Made by a program: the position numbers and the translations under genes. From a virus (taxonomy: Duplodnaviria; Caudoviricetes): 37,679 nt of DNA. The notes under the pieces were generated by a model. That model saw only the letters and a list, made by a program, of their open reading frames with translations. It made no database searches and was not told the origin of the DNA. Shown here piece after piece: positions 1 to 7,792 of the stretch. The stretch lies in IMG/VR virus record IMGVR_UViG_3300027627_000011, positions 1 through 37,679 of that record; one strand, written 5' to 3'. The stretch's first letter is position 1. Each line of letters begins with the position of its first letter.

Positions 1-270
1 GTGGTCAGAACCAACCACATACTTCCAGTGCTGTCTTGCCACCATTAAAGGAGCTTTGATTTCAAAGGTTGCAAAAGCATGCCTAAAAGGAGACATGTGA
101 TTTTCTCGAGCCAAAAAATCTAGTAGTCTAGCATCTTGTACGGAAAACTCTTTTGATTCTTTTGCAAAGGAAGCTCTTGCTGCGTTGACAACGGAAAGAT
201 CACTCCCCATGTAATCCACAAGTCTAACATATCCATTGTCTAAAACTTTTATAAGAGATTCATTGTCCAT
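1..270 (-). CDS. thyX: FAD-dependent thymidylate synthase, 5' part (runs off window)
   Basis: Not in the ORF track. Manual translation from ATG at 270: MDNESLIKVLDNGYVRLVDYMGSDLSVVNAARASFAKE...LLDFLARENHMSPFRHAFATFEIKAPLMVARQHWKYVVGSDH, a typical ThyX N-terminus (VRLVDxMG, VVNAARxS, HxSPF, KAPxxVARQ); adjacent to nrdJ. Confidence 0.92.
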   Translation of the reverse strand, partial: MDNESLIKVLDNGYVRLVDYMGSDLSVVNAARASFAKESKEFSVQDARLLDFLARENHMSPFRHAFATFEIKAPLMVARQHWKYVVGSDH

Positions 271-276
271 AGATAC

Positions 277-305
277 AGTATACCAGCGTCGTTACAACCT
301 AGCAA
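277..305 (-). promoter_or_regulatory. Sigma70-type promoter for thyX, probably leaderless
   Basis: Minus strand TTGCTA-17 nt-TATACT with TG extension (TGgTATACT); -10 ends 6 nt before the thyX ATG; no Shine-Dalgarno. Confidence 0.65.
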
Positions 306-310
306 ACTTT

Positions 311-2371
311 TTATTGATTGTCTTTGATAAATTTTATTTCACAAGAATCAGTAGTGCAGTAGCGTTCGCCTATTGCATCAGCGGCCATCCCTGCATAGAC
401 CCCAGATAGATCGATCTTGCTTAACTTACCGATATGAGAGTTGTATTCATCTTCTGTTATTTGAGTGTAGGGCATTTGAAGATACGTATCATTGCCCGTA
501 GGCAAAAAAGAAACTGATTTCAATTGACCGTCATGCATGTGCAGAACAGTGCCCACATGTTTTGATTCAGTTTCTTTATTAAACGAAACTGTAACCGACA
601 CTGAATTATCTGACCAATATCTTTGCGCTGTTGCCGCTAAGGCTATTTTTTCAAATATAGTCACATCTTGTTCAGATCTCACTGCTTGAGATTGAATTGG
701 AAAATATACAACTGAAGTAGTTGTCGGAGACTCTGCTGCTGGCTCAACTTTATAATTAGCCATTTTGAAAAGTGGCAGCATAGGATCTTCGTTTGAGAAA
801 CGGATTGTTCTATTAAAAAACTTGCCGCCTGGAGTCCAGTGTACCCCTGGAGATTCGCCAGCCAATATAGAAACTGTTCCAGATGGCTTGATGGTAGTCA
901 TTTTTATTGATTCACGGATACCAAGCCACTCAGAATATACATTGTCGTATCGCTGTATGGTCTTATAGCCCTGATTCATCCACTCTTTTAATACTGGCAT
1001 ACCTGATGCGTCTGCAAAATCTGCAACACCAGACATTGATGCTCCGATGCGGCGATTTCTTTGCATAATTGCATTTGTTTCCTCCCAGTGAGTTGGCAAA
1101 AGCGTGACAGTCTTAGCATATAGATATGCAAACTTTAGAGTTCTCTTATAGTCCTCAAGAGTTTCGTGTCTACCCAAATATGTTTCCACTAATGTGCAAC
1201 ACTCGTAAGACTCTAGAGATTGTTCTGCGCATGGATTATAGCCAGCTACTCTATGGTCCTTATTGTTTGCTGGATCTATTAGTCTCCCGTACTTTCTTGA
1301 CACATCCATCCAAATAACACCTGGCTCTCCATTAAGAGATATTCCCTCTACAATACTGCTAAGATCTGCTCCGACTTCTGTTTCAACAGAATTATTAGAC
1401 ATCCAAGCCCAACCTGGATTGCTTGAATCGTAAGAATTACGTTCTGGAAAACTTTGTGGATTTTTAAGATTTAAAAACTCTTGATCATCTAAGCGGCCAA
1501 TCAATAATTCTGCTGATCTGCGAACATTACCAGAAACTACACAAACTCCTATGAGATTGCCGATATCAGCAATGTCAGTTCGAGTAAGTTTCTGCCCTTT
1601 TCTTCCTGTAAAAAGTTTTTTAATTTGATTATGAAGTTTTTCTAATGGCTCATGACCCGCTGCTACACCGCCAAATGTTTTGATTGGCGTACCAGCTGGC
1701 CTTATATCCGAGTAATCAAAGCTAACAACATTTTGATCTGGTTTTAAATAAGAATTTAATAAAGCTACAGTTGATTCAAACCAACCTTCTCGAGTATCAG
1801 CAATTTTGATAACACTATCAAGGTCATTAATTTTTTCCTCTATTTTAGGTTCATAAATAATAAAATCTTTATCTGCTCCCTTATTGTCAAATCCAACACC
1901 TACCCCCAACATTGAAGCCTCCATCAAAAAAGCAAAGGGTTTTGCTGGATTAAGCTTTGTCATTTCTGACGTAGATACAAAAGCGCAATTCTGAAGAGCC
2001 GCTGAATTTTTTTGAACATTAACAATGTTAGTGCCCATGGCCCATAGGCCTCGACCTGGCGGAGTCCACTTCAAATTAAACAATCGATCAAATGCTTCTT
2101 TTGCCGAAGCTTGCGCCTTAGCATCGTTCCACGGCAATCTGTTTTTCTTGCAGTGGTCTTTCTGCAAAGAGTACATTCCATTGATAACTCTTTCGCATAC
2201 TTCAAGCCATGTTTCTTTCTTGCCATCATCCTTAAGTCTAGAGTATGTTCTCAAAAAAGTTATTTCTCCAACAGAATTTCCAGCAGCATCATTGTAGCCA
2301 AATGGCGGAATTTTATCCTGATATGTATTGGCAAATTCTTCGCTAATTTTGAATGAAAACATTTCCGACAT
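311..2371 (-). CDS. nrdJ: Class II (adenosylcobalamin-dependent) ribonucleoside-triphosphate reductase, monomeric RTPR type
   Basis: 686 aa; RTYSR, PPGRGLW, ALQNC, GVGVGF, VSGNVRRSAE, GYNPCAEQSLESYECCTLVE (NPCxE catalytic loop), TTIKPSGTVS, C-terminal CTTDSC; AGGAG RBS upstream. Confidence 0.95.
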   Translation of the reverse strand: MSEMFSFKISEEFANTYQDKIPPFGYNDAAGNSVGEITFLRTYSRLKDDGKKETWLEVCERVINGMYSLQKDHCKKNRLPWNDAKAQASAKEAFDRLFNLKWTPPGRGLWAMGTNIVNVQKNSAALQNCAFVSTSEMTKLNPAKPFAFLMEASMLGVGVGFDNKGADKDFIIYEPKIEEKINDLDSVIKIADTREGWFESTVALLNSYLKPDQNVVSFDYSDIRPAGTPIKTFGGVAAGHEPLEKLHNQIKKLFTGRKGQKLTRTDIADIGNLIGVCVVSGNVRRSAELLIGRLDDQEFLNLKNPQSFPERNSYDSSNPGWAWMSNNSVETEVGADLSSIVEGISLNGEPGVIWMDVSRKYGRLIDPANNKDHRVAGYNPCAEQSLESYECCTLVETYLGRHETLEDYKRTLKFAYLYAKTVTLLPTHWEETNAIMQRNRRIGASMSGVADFADASGMPVLKEWMNQGYKTIQRYDNVYSEWLGIRESIKMTTIKPSGTVSILAGESPGVHWTPGGKFFNRTIRFSNEDPMLPLFKMANYKVEPAAESPTTTSVVYFPIQSQAVRSEQDVTIFEKIALAATAQRYWSDNSVSVTVSFNKETESKHVGTVLHMHDGQLKSVSFLPTGNDTYLQMPYTQITEDEYNSHIGKLSKIDLSGVYAGMAADAIGERYCTTDSCEIKFIKDNQ

Positions 2372-2380
2372 ACAATACTC

Positions 2381-3076
2381 CTAGTTTGTTATTTTTCTGA
2401 TGTAGTTGTTATTACTTTTTAACATTTCTGCTTTTTTAATCTTTATAATCTGCTCTAATGAGTATATCTTATAAATTTCTTTTTCTATAAAATATCCGCT
2501 TTTCCAATTCAAAACTTTTTCTACGTTGGAAGAATAATTAGTAAACACATTGCAGATGATTGCACCACCATATATTCTAACTAAATTTTTAATTTTTGTC
2601 ACTGACTCTTCTTTTTGATCTTGACTAATAAATTTTTCATTATCTAACTTTTCATAAAGCCAGTTATAAGCCTGTCTTGTTAAGGGCGGTATATCAATCT
2701 GTTCGAATATACCCATCTGCGTAATAAGAGATCTATTTTTTTCAATTTCAACATCTGATTTAACTACATCTTTAAACATAGCAAACCAATCTCTTTCGTT
2801 AAATTGTGGCCATCCAGCAACCCAAAAAATAAGAACATGGTTTTCGTCAGGTATAGCAGTTTTATTAACTACTGGCGAAAGGCATGCGCAAGCTACGCAC
2901 TTTTTAATAATATCTCTCGCCTTATCGTCCCCATGTCTCTTCGACTGCACTGTCCAAAGTTGAGATATTTTTTCTGGCCAATTTGCTTCACCCAAATAAA
3001 GCGTAAGATACTTACTGGCTAATTCTATCGATAAAGTATTACTCTCAATTAATTGGTCTGCAGCATGTATAGACAT
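2381..3076 (-). CDS. Hypothetical protein, likely alpha-helical
   Basis: Open frame 2381..3094; ATG at 3076 preceded by AGAGGG is the preferred start; no recognisable motif. Confidence 0.7.
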   Translation of the reverse strand: MSIHAADQLIESNTLSIELASKYLTLYLGEANWPEKISQLWTVQSKRHGDDKARDIIKKCVACACLSPVVNKTAIPDENHVLIFWVAGWPQFNERDWFAMFKDVVKSDVEIEKNRSLITQMGIFEQIDIPPLTRQAYNWLYEKLDNEKFISQDQKEESVTKIKNLVRIYGGAIICNVFTNYSSNVEKVLNWKSGYFIEKEIYKIYSLEQIIKIKKAEMLKSNNNYIRKITN

Positions 3077-3122
3077 GGATAACCCTCTTTGCATTTGTTA
3101 AAACCTATAAACATATGACAAT

Positions 3123-3159
3123 AAATTGAAAATCCCGCACAATGTGTTTCTGTGCGGGA
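3123..3159 (-). terminator. Putative intrinsic terminator downstream of the structural module
   Basis: Perfect 9-bp inverted repeat TCCCGCACA (3133-3141) / TGTGCGGGA (3151-3159), 9-nt loop, followed by TTTTCAATTT on the minus strand. Confidence 0.6.
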
Positions 3160-3178
3160 AGTTCAAAATCATCTGCTC

Positions 3179-3187
3179 ATTATAGCA
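3179..3187 (-). promoter_or_regulatory. Putative extended -10 promoter (TGcTATAAT)
   Basis: Consensus TGnTATAAT on minus strand inside a small palindrome CTGCT-cattat-AGCAG (3173-3188); only a weak -35 (TAGCCA, 18 nt spacer). Confidence 0.45.
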
Positions 3188-3205
3188 GGTATGTAGGGTG
3201 TTTGG

Positions 3206-3799
3206 CTACAGCGCTCTAGAAGAAGTTACCCCCGACCATTCTTGCACTTTGTTTCTACCATACTCTGATGCTACATTTGCTTGACCGTAACCAGAAGGAA
3301 AAATGTTTGCAGAGTCAACACCATCAAAAATATAGTTGTCGTAAAGACTGTAGGCAACTTTTCTTTTTGCATGACCGTAACCCGAAACAAATGCGTTGGC
3401 TGCGTCAATGCCGTCAAATATATAATTGCTGTACAGGCTGTAATCCGTAGTGCGCTTTGCGTGACCACCGTTCAAAACTGCGCCAGCCGCAATACCCTTG
3501 TACTCGTTTGGACGGAATCTAGTTCCCGAATAAGTTGCAGTACCATCTGCGAAAGCACCCGCAAGTGGTGTAGTCCCACCATACAGGGTTGAGCCAGTAA
3601 ATAGTTGTGACAAAAGTACATTCCCTGGATGGTAGCCTGTTCCAGGAACATGATTTCTATCAGGACCACCATCAAGAAGGCCCTTTGCAAATAGTGGGTA
3701 ATAGGAATATACTCCCTTAGTACCCTTCCACGGGTTAACCATATCATTTGTGTTTCGACCCTTAAGAACTGGTCTTGGACCAACGTAAAAAGTTGCCAT
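3206..3799 (-). CDS. Gly/Tyr-rich protein with internal 30-aa repeats, possible virion protein
   Basis: 197 aa, strong AAGGAG RBS; repeats GHAKRxxxYSLYxNYIFDGxDxANxFxSGY. Confidence 0.75.
   Translation of the reverse strand: MATFYVGPRPVLKGRNTNDMVNPWKGTKGVYSYYPLFAKGLLDGGPDRNHVPGTGYHPGNVLLSQLFTGSTLYGGTTPLAGAFADGTATYSGTRFRPNEYKGIAAGAVLNGGHAKRTTDYSLYSNYIFDGIDAANAFVSGYGHAKRKVAYSLYDNYIFDGVDSANIFPSGYGQANVASEYGRNKVQEWSGVTSSRAL
3280..3466 (-). repeat. Degenerate 90-nt tandem coding repeat (2 copies plus start of a third)
   Basis: GHAKRTTDYSLYSNYIFDGIDAANAFVSGY / GHAKRKVAYSLYDNYIFDGVDSANIFPSGY / GQAN; TGACC recurs at 90-nt spacing on the plus strand. Confidence 0.85.
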
Positions 3800-3865
3800 T
3801 TAAATTCTCCTTATTTTAAAATATACACTTATATAGTAAAAACAATATCAGCTTTTCAACATATA

Positions 3866-5128
3866 TTATAGATTATAATCAGCTTCTATGATTAAGTCTG
3901 ACAAAACTGGTGGCACCTTATCATCGAGCATGGCCAATGTCACCTCGATATATACGTGACTGCAGGTATTCGGATTGACTAGAACATAGTTGGACCCAGA
4001 TGGATAAAATATTCGATAAGAAAAAACATTGTTTAAAACCGACTGAGGGTGGCTATATATCTTAGGTGATACATTTAAAATTTCATTAATTGTTTTGCCT
4101 TCTGGAGCATTAAATCTGATAAACGTTCTACCACTTCCAAGAAATTTTTCATACCTTACATCAATATCACTAAGCCCGTAGGTGTATACGTATGATCCAT
4201 TTTCTTTAATGTAGTTTCTTTGCCTCAAGAGTATCCTGACAGCAGTTATTGCCTTTTCTCCGCAATAAAATTTTAATGGACCAGCATTAATAATAGTATC
4301 GGAACCTACTTTGGACCACCCGCCTGGAGCAACCTTCCCTAAAGCATCATACTCTTGGTCATAGTGTCCAGCGTTGAAGGAGTAATAGGAGTCTTTATCC
4401 GATAGAGATGGATTAGAAACCGTGGTGTACTCAACTTTTACTACGTCAACTCCACTTGAGGGAAATGGAGAAAAACAAATACTATTCGCCAAAGAATTTC
4501 CAACTGCCCCTGCAGGCATTTTGATGTAAAAATACATGCTCACGCCCAGAGGATTTGCTTCATTGAGAATAACATTTCTTCTCCAGACTTTATCTGGTTG
4601 ATTTATAAAGGCATTTTGTACTGGTGTTGTGTCAATCACCGCCCCATTTCCATCGCCTCCAGAAATATTGGGGTCTATTCTTGTCTCAAGAAAATCTGGA
4701 ACAACTTGCCCCTTTGTGATATTTACGTATTTTATCTTTGAATGAGAAGACCCTACTACTTGCGGCAGCGTAATATGATTGTAGTAGTCATTAAAAACCA
4801 AAGCCTCAGATGCTGCTATGGCATAGGATGTGCTTACGAATGGGAGAAGATCAATTTGACTTTTGCTGTGTAGTGATATTTGATTAGTATTAATACTTTC
4901 AATTACCCTAATTCTATCAACTAAATCATTGACTGCTGAAGATAAAAATATATTTTCTTTAACAACTCTCTCTATGATTTCTGCTATTTTTTTATCTAAA
5001 ACAGAGTATTTATTATAAAGGTAAATTAAATCTGAATAGTTCTGCTCAATACGCTCATTAAAATCCTGGCTAGATATCGGACCATGATATTGAGTTGATT
5101 TTCTTTGTGTATAGATAAATTCTGACAT
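3866..5128 (-). CDS. Putative virion structural protein
   Basis: 420 aa; N-terminal YHGPISSQDFN plus coiled-coil-like helix, beta-rich C-terminus ending PPVLSDLIIE; AGGAG RBS; located in tail module. Confidence 0.7.
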   Translation of the reverse strand: MSEFIYTQRKSTQYHGPISSQDFNERIEQNYSDLIYLYNKYSVLDKKIAEIIERVVKENIFLSSAVNDLVDRIRVIESINTNQISLHSKSQIDLLPFVSTSYAIAASEALVFNDYYNHITLPQVVGSSHSKIKYVNITKGQVVPDFLETRIDPNISGGDGNGAVIDTTPVQNAFINQPDKVWRRNVILNEANPLGVSMYFYIKMPAGAVGNSLANSICFSPFPSSGVDVVKVEYTTVSNPSLSDKDSYYSFNAGHYDQEYDALGKVAPGGWSKVGSDTIINAGPLKFYCGEKAITAVRILLRQRNYIKENGSYVYTYGLSDIDVRYEKFLGSGRTFIRFNAPEGKTINEILNVSPKIYSHPQSVLNNVFSYRIFYPSGSNYVLVNPNTCSHVYIEVTLAMLDDKVPPVLSDLIIEADYNL

Positions 5129-5135
5129 TTTTCTC

Positions 5136-5573
5136 CTATGAATCTTTCTTCATTGCGGCTTCGATTAAATCTAACTTACTATAAAGACTACTAATTATCG
5201 CACTATTTTTTTGAAATTTATTAAAAGTAAGATCAGCTTCATAATAAGGGGTTGCTTGAGTCACCAGATACTCTTGACTACCTTGATCATATTCTACAAT
5301 TTGACCATAAATTGTCATTTTAAGATCTTCGTTTAAATAGTAGTCATGATTGTTGGCATTCATATCATTGCCGGTCATCTCTGAAATCTTTGCTATTTCA
5401 TCGTTTAAATCGTTTATCCTATCAGAAATCCTGGTGATATCCATGAGAATCTGATCATTGACTAAATTTAATAAACCAGACGGTATAGGCCCTTTATAGA
5501 CCAACCTATTTTTTTGAAGGTTTGGCTGCAATATGTTTTGTCTTCTGTTTAAATCAGAGTATGAGATGGGCAT
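5136..5573 (-). CDS. Putative virion protein, N-terminus resembling neighbour
   Basis: 145 aa; YKGPIPSGLLN followed by a heptad helix, like YHGPISSQDFN of 3866..5128. Confidence 0.7.
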   Translation of the reverse strand: MPISYSDLNRRQNILQPNLQKNRLVYKGPIPSGLLNLVNDQILMDITRISDRINDLNDEIAKISEMTGNDMNANNHDYYLNEDLKMTIYGQIVEYDQGSQEYLVTQATPYYEADLTFNKFQKNSAIISSLYSKLDLIEAAMKKDS

Positions 5574-5582
5574 AATGGTTCC

Positions 5583-7790
5583 CTAGTGCTTAAACTTTAG
5601 AGTATAAGATGTGACGGAGGGAGCCGTATACGCATCAGCACCCCTGAATAAATCTGCCCTGACCCTAACTGACCTAGGAGATGTCCCGTTGTTGGATAGG
5701 TAGTATATTTTAGTTCCATTTTTTATTTCCTCAGTTCTTCTGTATACAATTTCTAAATTATTTTCGTAATTAATAATTGAAAAAACATTATCTGTATTAG
5801 AATATTTATTTCTTAAATCTTCAATTTTAACAAAAGAAAAATGATTTTTATAAACTTCACTATTTGGAATGGACAAAAGAGACATTCCCTCCATTAAAGA
5901 TATGCTTCCGTTAAATGGTGTTTTAATTCCACTTGAATTATTGGTAGACTTATTTATAATGATTGATATATAATTTTCTCCTTTTCTCAAATTCCAAGTT
6001 AAAGAAGCGGAAAGAATTCCAGGCGACAATAGCCCGCCAGAAGTTATTTGAACACCGTTCAAGTAAATTTCTATATCCCAAAACTTTGCTGATAGTGACT
6101 TTAGAAAATTTTTATTTAACTGAACAGAATTTTCCATAAATAAATTCAAGCTCATATGTATGCTCCCGAAAGGAACATTAGATGCTTCGTAAAATTCCTG
6201 AGTATTAGAAAGTGATATGTCAAAAGTATTTGGAATTATATCTTTTCTTGCTCCAGTAATAACTTGTTGCCAACTAGATCTATCTAAAGCTGTTCCGCTA
6301 ACAACAGAAACTGCGACTTGATTACTATCAGTATTTTCCAGAACGTAAACCTCATATGGATTTGTATCTTTGGCAAACTTTGCGAGTCTGTATAGTGAAA
6401 AATTATTTTGAATAGAATCGTTCCTGTAAAAGTAGTCCTTTATGGGATTATTGAATTGAGTTGTTCTTGGTATTTTTACCATTTGGTTTGCAGTTGACTG
6501 TATATTACCTGATTCTGACGACACTAATATTGCTTCAGTATTTGTGGTTCCGTTAAAAGAAACTATGCTAGAATTATAAGAATTATCTAAAGAATTTGGC
6601 GACACATTAACCCAATTATAATCCCCGACACTAAATGCCCCATCTATATTAGCTGCTATGTAGTAGTTAATTGAAGTGCCTGGAGGTACCTGATCATCTG
6701 CGTCAAACATAACTGAATCAATAGTTAAATTTGGATTTTGCACTGTGGGTAGAGATACGGGTTGGCTAATAAAAATAGCTGAAGAATCATAATATGGAGA
6801 TGTAATAATAAGTTCCTGTATTCTAAAATCATAAACATACATATTTTGATTTGACAAATTTTGAATATAGTCAGGCTCAACTTTAGTTAAATATAGCTCT
6901 ACGTTTGAAGCACTCGTTGCAGCGAAGGCAAATGAAAAATTATCAAAGTCCGAATAACCCGATCTAGAAAGAAGAATTGGATCAGATAGATTCTGAGCAT
7001 TGTTTACTACAATATTAACATCAAGCGGTTTTACTGAATTTAATTTTCCTTCAATTAAAGAAATTTTAGTTGCGCTAGCAGATAACGACGAAATGGGTAT
7101 CACTAACTTTAGTGTACATACGCCTATTGTCGGTGAGTTTAAATGATATTTAAATTCTGAATTATTTAATCCGTTAAAAACATTTGAAAAATCTATTGAG
7201 GATTTTGTTGCAATTTTTTTGCCATCTATAAAAACTTCCAGCGAAGCGTTAGAAACCTTGTTTAGTATGTTCCCTACGTAATTAAATATTCCAGATGTCA
7301 GTTGTGGAATTGTCATCTTTCTTGCAGAAGTATCAATAACAGCTGAGGTTTTACTTAAATCTGTTAAAGATGTGTTATTGAAAGCATTTGTCTGACTAAA
7401 ATAAAATCCATCTGTGTTATTTATGGCAAACAATTTATCGTCTACATTTTTTTCTAATTCTGATCTTCTTGATTTTAGATTATCTATTCTGGAGTTTAAA
7501 GCAGTAATTAAATCGTATAAATCATCTACCTCCTCATGGAAGGAATCGTAAAGAGTGTCTATATTAAAAGAGTTATGGGCCATTATCCTATTAAGCTTGT
7601 CTACATCTATAAGGCTGTTAGAAGACAGGTCATTGTAGGGGACGGACAGCGGAAACCCTGGTTTGTTTCGACTAAAATATCTTCCATATATACTGGAAAT
7701 TTCGTTTTCCGAAGGCTTGGACCCAAGGGAATAGTATATTTTATATATTGTTTCTAAAAATCTTTTTTTCTGTATATTTTCTATTGTCAT
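5583..7790 (-). CDS. Putative virion structural (baseplate/tail) protein, 735 aa
   Basis: Long ORF; ATG at 7790 (MTIENIQ) lies 2 nt after the upstream stop and is preferred over 7823; SINYYIA...WVNVSP and C-terminal VRVRADL...APSVTSYTLKF resemble flanking paralogues. Confidence 0.75.
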   Translation of the reverse strand: MTIENIQKKRFLETIYKIYYSLGSKPSENEISSIYGRYFSRNKPGFPLSVPYNDLSSNSLIDVDKLNRIMAHNSFNIDTLYDSFHEEVDDLYDLITALNSRIDNLKSRRSELEKNVDDKLFAINNTDGFYFSQTNAFNNTSLTDLSKTSAVIDTSARKMTIPQLTSGIFNYVGNILNKVSNASLEVFIDGKKIATKSSIDFSNVFNGLNNSEFKYHLNSPTIGVCTLKLVIPISSLSASATKISLIEGKLNSVKPLDVNIVVNNAQNLSDPILLSRSGYSDFDNFSFAFAATSASNVELYLTKVEPDYIQNLSNQNMYVYDFRIQELIITSPYYDSSAIFISQPVSLPTVQNPNLTIDSVMFDADDQVPPGTSINYYIAANIDGAFSVGDYNWVNVSPNSLDNSYNSSIVSFNGTTNTEAILVSSESGNIQSTANQMVKIPRTTQFNNPIKDYFYRNDSIQNNFSLYRLAKFAKDTNPYEVYVLENTDSNQVAVSVVSGTALDRSSWQQVITGARKDIIPNTFDISLSNTQEFYEASNVPFGSIHMSLNLFMENSVQLNKNFLKSLSAKFWDIEIYLNGVQITSGGLLSPGILSASLTWNLRKGENYISIIINKSTNNSSGIKTPFNGSISLMEGMSLLSIPNSEVYKNHFSFVKIEDLRNKYSNTDNVFSIINYENNLEIVYRRTEEIKNGTKIYYLSNNGTSPRSVRVRADLFRGADAYTAPSVTSYTLKFKH

Positions 7791-7792
7791 AA

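Noticed and set aside
311-2371. Intein or intron in nrdJ
   Set aside because: Length (686 aa) and contiguous catalytic motifs leave no room; no intein or homing endonuclease signatures.
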